Shown piece by piece: positions 58,740 through 64,000 of a DNA stretch of 64,000 nucleotides (position 1 is its first letter; every line of letters starts with the position of its first letter). This DNA is from Minutocellus sp. GHC0000111 (Eukaryota): positions 310,001 to 374,000 of the forward strand of contig OZ361258.1 in the NCBI GenBank assembly GCA_977018835.1. The letters run 5' to 3'. Made by a program: the position numbers and the translations under genes. The notes under the pieces are model-generated. The model saw only the letters and a program-made list of their open reading frames with translations. It was not told the origin of the DNA and did no database searches.

Positions 58740-60434
58740 TTATACCGGTACTGACTCGACTCCGGCCTGCCTCTTCTTTTGGAGCTTTTGATATTTCGAC
58801 CTGCACTGAGCCGCACTTCGAGTACCAACGTGCTCGGCCACCACTTCCCAGTCGCCTCTCTTTCGAGTATCGCCGGTAAGCTTATCCATACCTTCATAGA
58901 ACCGCTGCACCTCATCATCATCCCAATCACCCTTGTTGCCGCCTGGGCCTCTAATCTTGGTGCGACTAAAGAGGTACTTTTCGTTGCTGTTCTTATGCTT
59001 CTTGTAATGGACGGTGCACATACCATCACAATTTTGGACGGGTTGCTTCTTGCAACTGGGAACAGAACAAAGTTCTCCCTTTTGTTTCAGTTCCTCCTTA
59101 TGATGCGCGCGGCAATATTCTCCAAACCCCCACTGTTTCAGCTTGTTGCATCCCTCGCGTTTGCACGTTTTCACATACGTCTTGGCGACTTCCAGACCGG
59201 CCTTGACTCTGTCCTCATTGAAATGTTTTCGGCATTGACCGGCACATCCGCCTTGACGCTGACGGGCACATCCCGGCGTGGTGCAGCGGGGGTACTCATA
59301 TTTTCTCGATCCCTTTCTGGCCGCTGCCTTAGTCACTAACTTCTTCGCCGTTGCTACAGCTACAGTCTTTTTCGACTCTTTCTTCTTCTCGGCCACACTG
59401 ATCTCGGCAACAACCTTTTGGGCCTTGGCTGCAGAACGTCTCTTCGGTCTTGTTGGTATTGATTCAGCAACATCGTCGGTGATGTCGGGAGTGGCCTTGG
59501 TCTTGGAAGGGGTTGGAGCCCGCCTCGTTGCGCCAGTCGGAGCCTGCACCTTGGCCTTCTTGGTCATTGTTTGCTTCATATCCTGCTTGGCCTCAAATTC
59601 TTGCCTGATTTCGGCGACCGACCGCTTTGGCCGACGTTTGCTAAGACGCCTGCCCGAAGTATCCCCCGCATCCTGCTGCCGCGGCGGCGGTTCTGGGGGG
59701 TTGAGCGCCACTGCATCTGCCGGCGGGGCATCCGAATCGACAGCAACGGTAGCCCTTGTCTGCTCCTTCTCCGCCTCCACCTCCTTCTCCTCATATTGCA
59801 GAGGCGGAAATGGCACCGCCGGTGGAAGCGGTGGAAGACTTGGTAGATTCTTCAATTGGCCGCGCCCATCCTTTCTCGGCCCTCGCTTCTTTGACACCTT
59901 TTCCAGTTTCTCGACCGGAGGATCCATCATCCCATCTACATCCACCTTCAACGCCCGCTTCGGCGCCGGTTCCGAAAGCGGCCTCCGTACCTTCTTCAGA
60001 CTCAAAAACGTCTTGGTGTGCCAGTCCTCCCCGTCCGAACGGACCATCTTTTGATTCTTGGACTTGCACTGCTGCTTGGTCCGGGTCTTGACGTACCGTT
60101 CGGCAATGTCCCTCCAGTTGCTCCCCAGGGCCTGGATGCCCTGTTGGAGACGGGCCGTCTCGTCGTCGTTCCAGTCCCCCTTGTTCTTGCCGTCGGCGGT
60201 AACGAGCTTCTCGCGGGAGTATGTTGGCCGGGATGGACTGTCGCCCTTGTTCGTCTTTTGTTGTGGTTTCTTCTTGGGTGCTTTGGACGGTGATTTGGAT
60301 CCATCTGCTGCCGCCGAGGGTTGCTTCCTCGGACGGCCGGGACTCTTCTTCTTGGCCGTCTTTTTGGGAGACCTTGGCGTCTGAACAGTATTTGCGCTTG
60401 CTGTTTTCCCACCCGCATCTGGACTTTCCTCCAT
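58740..60434 (-). CDS. Myb/SANT transcription factor with two distant Myb domains, an AT-hook-like motif and Cys/His repeats
   Basis: KGDWNDDE..WRDIAE..TRTKQQCKSK and KGDWDDDE..WEVVAEHVGTRSAAQCRSK; PGRPRK; three C-x4-C..C-x2-H units. Confidence 0.85.
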   Translation of the reverse strand: MEESPDAGGKTASANTVQTPRSPKKTAKKKSPGRPRKQPSAAADGSKSPSKAPKKKPQQKTNKGDSPSRPTYSREKLVTADGKNKGDWNDDETARLQQGIQALGSNWRDIAERYVKTRTKQQCKSKNQKMVRSDGEDWHTKTFLSLKKVRRPLSEPAPKRALKVDVDGMMDPPVEKLEKVSKKRGPRKDGRGQLKNLPSLPPLPPAVPFPPLQYEEKEVEAEKEQTRATVAVDSDAPPADAVALNPPEPPPRQQDAGDTSGRRLSKRRPKRSVAEIRQEFEAKQDMKQTMTKKAKVQAPTGATRRAPTPSKTKATPDITDDVAESIPTRPKRRSAAKAQKVVAEISVAEKKKESKKTVAVATAKKLVTKAAARKGSRKYEYPRCTTPGCARQRQGGCAGQCRKHFNEDRVKAGLEVAKTYVKTCKREGCNKLKQWGFGEYCRAHHKEELKQKGELCSVPSCKKQPVQNCDGMCTVHYKKHKNSNEKYLFSRTKIRGPGGNKGDWDDDEVQRFYEGMDKLTGDTRKRGDWEVVAEHVGTRSAAQCRSKYQKLQKKRQAGVESVPV

Positions 60435-60459
60435 CAGGAACCGTCCGTTCTCCTAGGAG

Positions 60460-62108
60460 AAGAGAGGAGTGCAAAGCTACTACAGCTGGACAGAATTTTT
60501 TTTGAAAGTTGTCGTAGGCCTGGTGCTGAGACGACGGCCAGATCTACACCAAGTCAAAAAAGCAGAGGGAAATCTCACGTACTCCTATCCACTCATCGCT
60601 CCAGGCGAGGCAGATCAGATCGAGGACGTCCATTCCCTATCGTCAATTGCAACGAGAGAACTTTGGCATCAGCGTTTGTGTCATCTTCACAAGCGGGCCG
60701 TCGCCGACCTCTGTCCAAGAAGGTGACGGGAATGCCGAAGATCTCAAGGCCGAACGAGGATTTGGAGAAATGTGATACCTGCATCACCTGCAAGATGCGG
60801 AAGGCGGCCAGAGGCGACGGTGATACCAGGAAGGAGGCGAAGGTTGCCTATCAAGGCATTCATCTTGACTGGGGATTCATCGTACAGTCATCCAAGAACT
60901 CTAATCGGACCAAGATGCTGACTAGAAATCCATTTTGAAGCAGTCAAGGATGTATATCGATACCTCCGTCGGACCAAGGACGATGGAATCATTTTCTGGA
61001 GGACTCAACGTCAAGACGATGCAGATCTCCCGGATGGTACCGAGGTGACTCGGCCAATCGACGAAGATGACGCTCTCGTTCCTCACCCGAAAGAGGCAGA
61101 TCAACTTGGTTGGAGCGCATGCTTCGATGCAGCATATGCTACCTGCCCAGACACCCGACGATCGACAGGAGCCTTCATCATCACTCTCGGAGGCTCAGCC
61201 ATCTACTACAAGGCAAAATGGATGCCTACCGAGGCGGAATTCATGGCCGCCGTCAACTGTGCCAAGGCCGTCAAGTACTTCCGCTCCATCCTCGACGAGC
61301 TTGGCGTCAAGCAAACCGGCCCAACCAAGATCTACGGTGACAACGTAGCCTGCTGCCACCTTGCCAACGCCGGTAAACCTACCGAGAGGGCTCGTCACAT
61401 CGACATCCAGTACTTCGCCATCCAGGAGTGGACCGCCCGCCAGATCGTTTCTCTGGATCACATCCCGGGGAGGATCAATTTCTCCGACGCTCACACCAAA
61501 GCTCTGGGGTCAATCCTTCAACGCCGTCATTGCACCCGCATGATGGGATATGCAGGTTCACCCTACACTTCTACGTACGGTAAGATTACCACCAAGACTT
61601 CTTCCGAGGCTTGACGAAGGTTCTACTTTACAGTGCACCTATTGTCGCCTCCGGTACCCCGGTACCCCGAAGGTACCTTTATGTAGTCTCCCCATGACCC
61701 CAAAATTGGGATCATGTAAACCCATCCAAAAATCACCAACGACATTCTCATGGCTCATTTAGCTCGCAAGCTAAGGACTGGGGGAGGGTGTCAGCTCCAG
61801 TATGGTCATATCGTTGTTGCGTTTTGTGTCTTTTGAGGGTCATCGGACAGAGGACAGCTGGCGGATTCGTCGGCCCCTTCATCTGTCTGAGCATTGGATT
61901 TTCGTCGGCTCGTTGGGATCGATCCGTTGGCGGAACCGCCCTCATTCTTCTCTTCTACCGGATCTATCTGTTTCCCACGATAGTATTCCACAGGAGCTGA
62001 GAGCGGTATCCACAGGTGCCCAGGAGACTCAGATTTGGTAGATTGTAGGAATTAGGTAGCGATTACTGCTAGTATCTTTTGCCCATCATTTTGTGTCGTT
62101 GCCTGGCA
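60460..62108 (+). mobile_element. Internally deleted Ty1/Copia LTR retrotransposon remnant: pre-integrase, RNase H, PPT (61780-61788), 3' LTR (61789-62108)
   Basis: LWHQRLCH..CDTCITCK..GIHLDWG; DAAYA..RRSTG..TEAEF..GDN..RHIDIQY..DAHTKAL; GGGGGAGGG followed by TGTCAG...CTGGCA. Confidence 0.85.
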
Positions 62109-63031
62109 CCGTCAGCGCCTCCCTTTTCCAGTGCAATTTTGTGCTCTTCCCCGACTTCCAAATGATCTAACTGAACGAGTACTTCGGAGGAGAAACAAGC
62201 AGACGACAATTCAAGACATCTCTTTGTCCAATGAATGCCTCTTATTTTTTTCTCGATTGCCTGGGCATTGACGCAGGTGTTTCCAAACCATTCGAACAAC
62301 TGAAGCAATTGATTTAGCGGAAATGAATCCAGCACACGTTTGCATAAACTGCATTGGCTTTGAAGTTCATGGCCACAACTCATTTCGCAATCAAAGCTGT
62401 CAATCGCATAGCCCAAATCAATCGTTTGTGAAAGGGTGCCTCTTTTGAATGCTGTAGCCAGGCTGCTAATAAATGCACGATAATGGGTAGTATGGCCAGG
62501 AGGTCCGGAGCAGACGTTCATTGAATAAGTCCAGTAATTGTTCTCTTCTCTGAAGTGACTTGAGAACCCACATATTTCGAGCTTTGGGAAGAGTTTCAAG
62601 AAAGCGACGGTTCTTCCCAATAAATCCACATCAAGTTTATAACTTCCCTCTTTTGTTTCCTCATTAATTGTGAAATCTTTCAGCAAACACAAAATATACA
62701 CCTTCGTGACATTCTGAAATCTTCGGCGGTTCCTCGAGAGCATAGCGATCTCAACCTCGCTTGATTTATAAATATTAATTTCATCCACATATTTAGGTGC
62801 CTCAAACGAGAGAAGTCTATTGACCATTAGACACGTGAGCACATCGGTGTAGGGCAGGTAGTCCATGACATGGCCACAAACCGGAGCCGGAATCGATTCT
62901 CCGGAAAGCTCGGGATCAGAAGCGTCAGACGCCGCGTTGGGAGTCTGTTTTGCGACTGCTGATTTCTTCGCCGATCGATCCGCAGCGTCGGTGGCGTCTG
63001 CCTTGCGCTTTTTATCGCTCGTTGTGCCCAT
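62109..63031 (-). pseudogene. F-box-like protein, paralogue of 30810-32066, 3'-truncated at the Copia LTR
   Basis: IPAPVCGHVMDYLPYTDVLTCLMVNR; similarity to the paralogue ends at the LTR end (GGADG|ARQ). Confidence 0.75.
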
Positions 63032-63459
63032 ATTGCGGGCCGGCGGGGTATTGTTGCTTAGAAATTTCTACAGTCGATTCAAGCAACGCAACGAAGGATG
63101 GAAGACGGGATGGAAGAGGCGAGGGTAAAGGCAGGCGATACAAGGACAGACCAATTTACTCTCAATCCAAAAAAATGTGACAATCTTCTTCAAACTTGAG
63201 GATCAAGGAGTAATCAAATCGAAGTGACTTTGACTTCGAAATGCCAGCAGCAATGTCCAGCGGGGCCGAGCCCCCGCGCTCTACTTATTGCATTGCATGC
63301 CACCATTCCCTCCATATTCCTCGTTATTGAATCGCAATTAGTAGAAGCATATGTGAGCTCACTAGTTGCTTGATTTGAGTTTGCGTGGCTGATTCGAAGA
63401 ATCGCGAGAAACATCACAAAGACATTCCAACACAAAAGTTGATCTCCTACAAATCCACA

Positions 63460-64000
63460 ATGACCCGCCGCCGACATCTTCCGCTGACGACAGCCCTGGC
63501 ACTAACAAGCCTTTCAGTTACCTCTGCCTCGTCGTCCGAATTACTTGCTGAATACGAAGAACTATGTGCATCCTATCCCAAATATCCCAAGAAGGTGGTT
63601 ATTCCAGATGATGTGACCATCCAGGCCTCGTGGCAGCCATCCTTCCCTGGCTCGGGAGCGGACATGACGCTAACGCTCGTCTTCGGCCTGACAGGTCTGG
63701 GCCAGGAACCTGCCTCGTCCGGACCAGCTGAGCTATCTGCTCGCCTCAACCATCCCGGCGACGATGCCGTTACGGTTAAGACACATTATCCGAGGTTGGG
63801 CGCGTTTCCCCCACCGACTATATTCGATCCATACGAGTTCATGGATCGTTCGATTTGGTTCTGCGTCATCCGATGAATGCTCTGCCAGTTATCACAATCA
63901 GCGATACGAGATCACCAGTGGCATACCAAGTCACACCGTGAGAGCGCCAGTTCCGGAATGGATAGCCTGGAGAGATGCCAATTTTGGTAAGTTTGGAAGT
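63460..64000 (+). CDS. Secreted protein, 3'-partial, with a probable frameshift near 63840
   Basis: Signal peptide MTRRRHLPLTTALALTSLSVTSA. Another frame (WIVRFGSASSDEC..) stays open to the window end. Confidence 0.5.

Overview
Gene-dense eukaryotic nuclear DNA, most likely from a diatom or a close photosynthetic stramenopile. The evidence is short GT-AG introns, bipartite signal+'AF' plastid presequences, RxL propeptide motifs and diatom-type Copia fragments. Recognisable intact genes include an Lsi2-like (ArsB/NhaD/CitMHS) putative silicon-efflux transporter, an Orai-like Ca2+ channel, an organellar prolyl-tRNA synthetase with a WHEP domain, complex I 24 kDa subunit (NDUFV2), a prolyl 4-hydroxylase, a histidine phosphatase, TMEM65-like and Mpv17/PMP22 proteins, a cupin, a two-Myb protein, and ankyrin and FG-GAP proteins. 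Between them lie many lineage-specific, mostly secreted or paralogous genes carrying single lesions (in-frame TGA/TAG, frameshifts, an 8-bp duplication, LTR truncation). Mobile DNA comprises a Tc1/mariner-derived MITE, two Copia remnants (one with PPT and 3' LTR) and a palindrome-rich ~290-bp direct repeat bracketing a bacterial-like gene. The most interesting candidate system is the Lsi2-like transporter, which has an RxL-bearing N-terminal extension and sits tail-to-tail with a ~1350-aa secreted protein combining RxL sites, a Lys/Ser/Gly silaffin-like tract and a divergent beta-lactamase-like domain. All family assignments come from motif recognition by eye; no searches were run.
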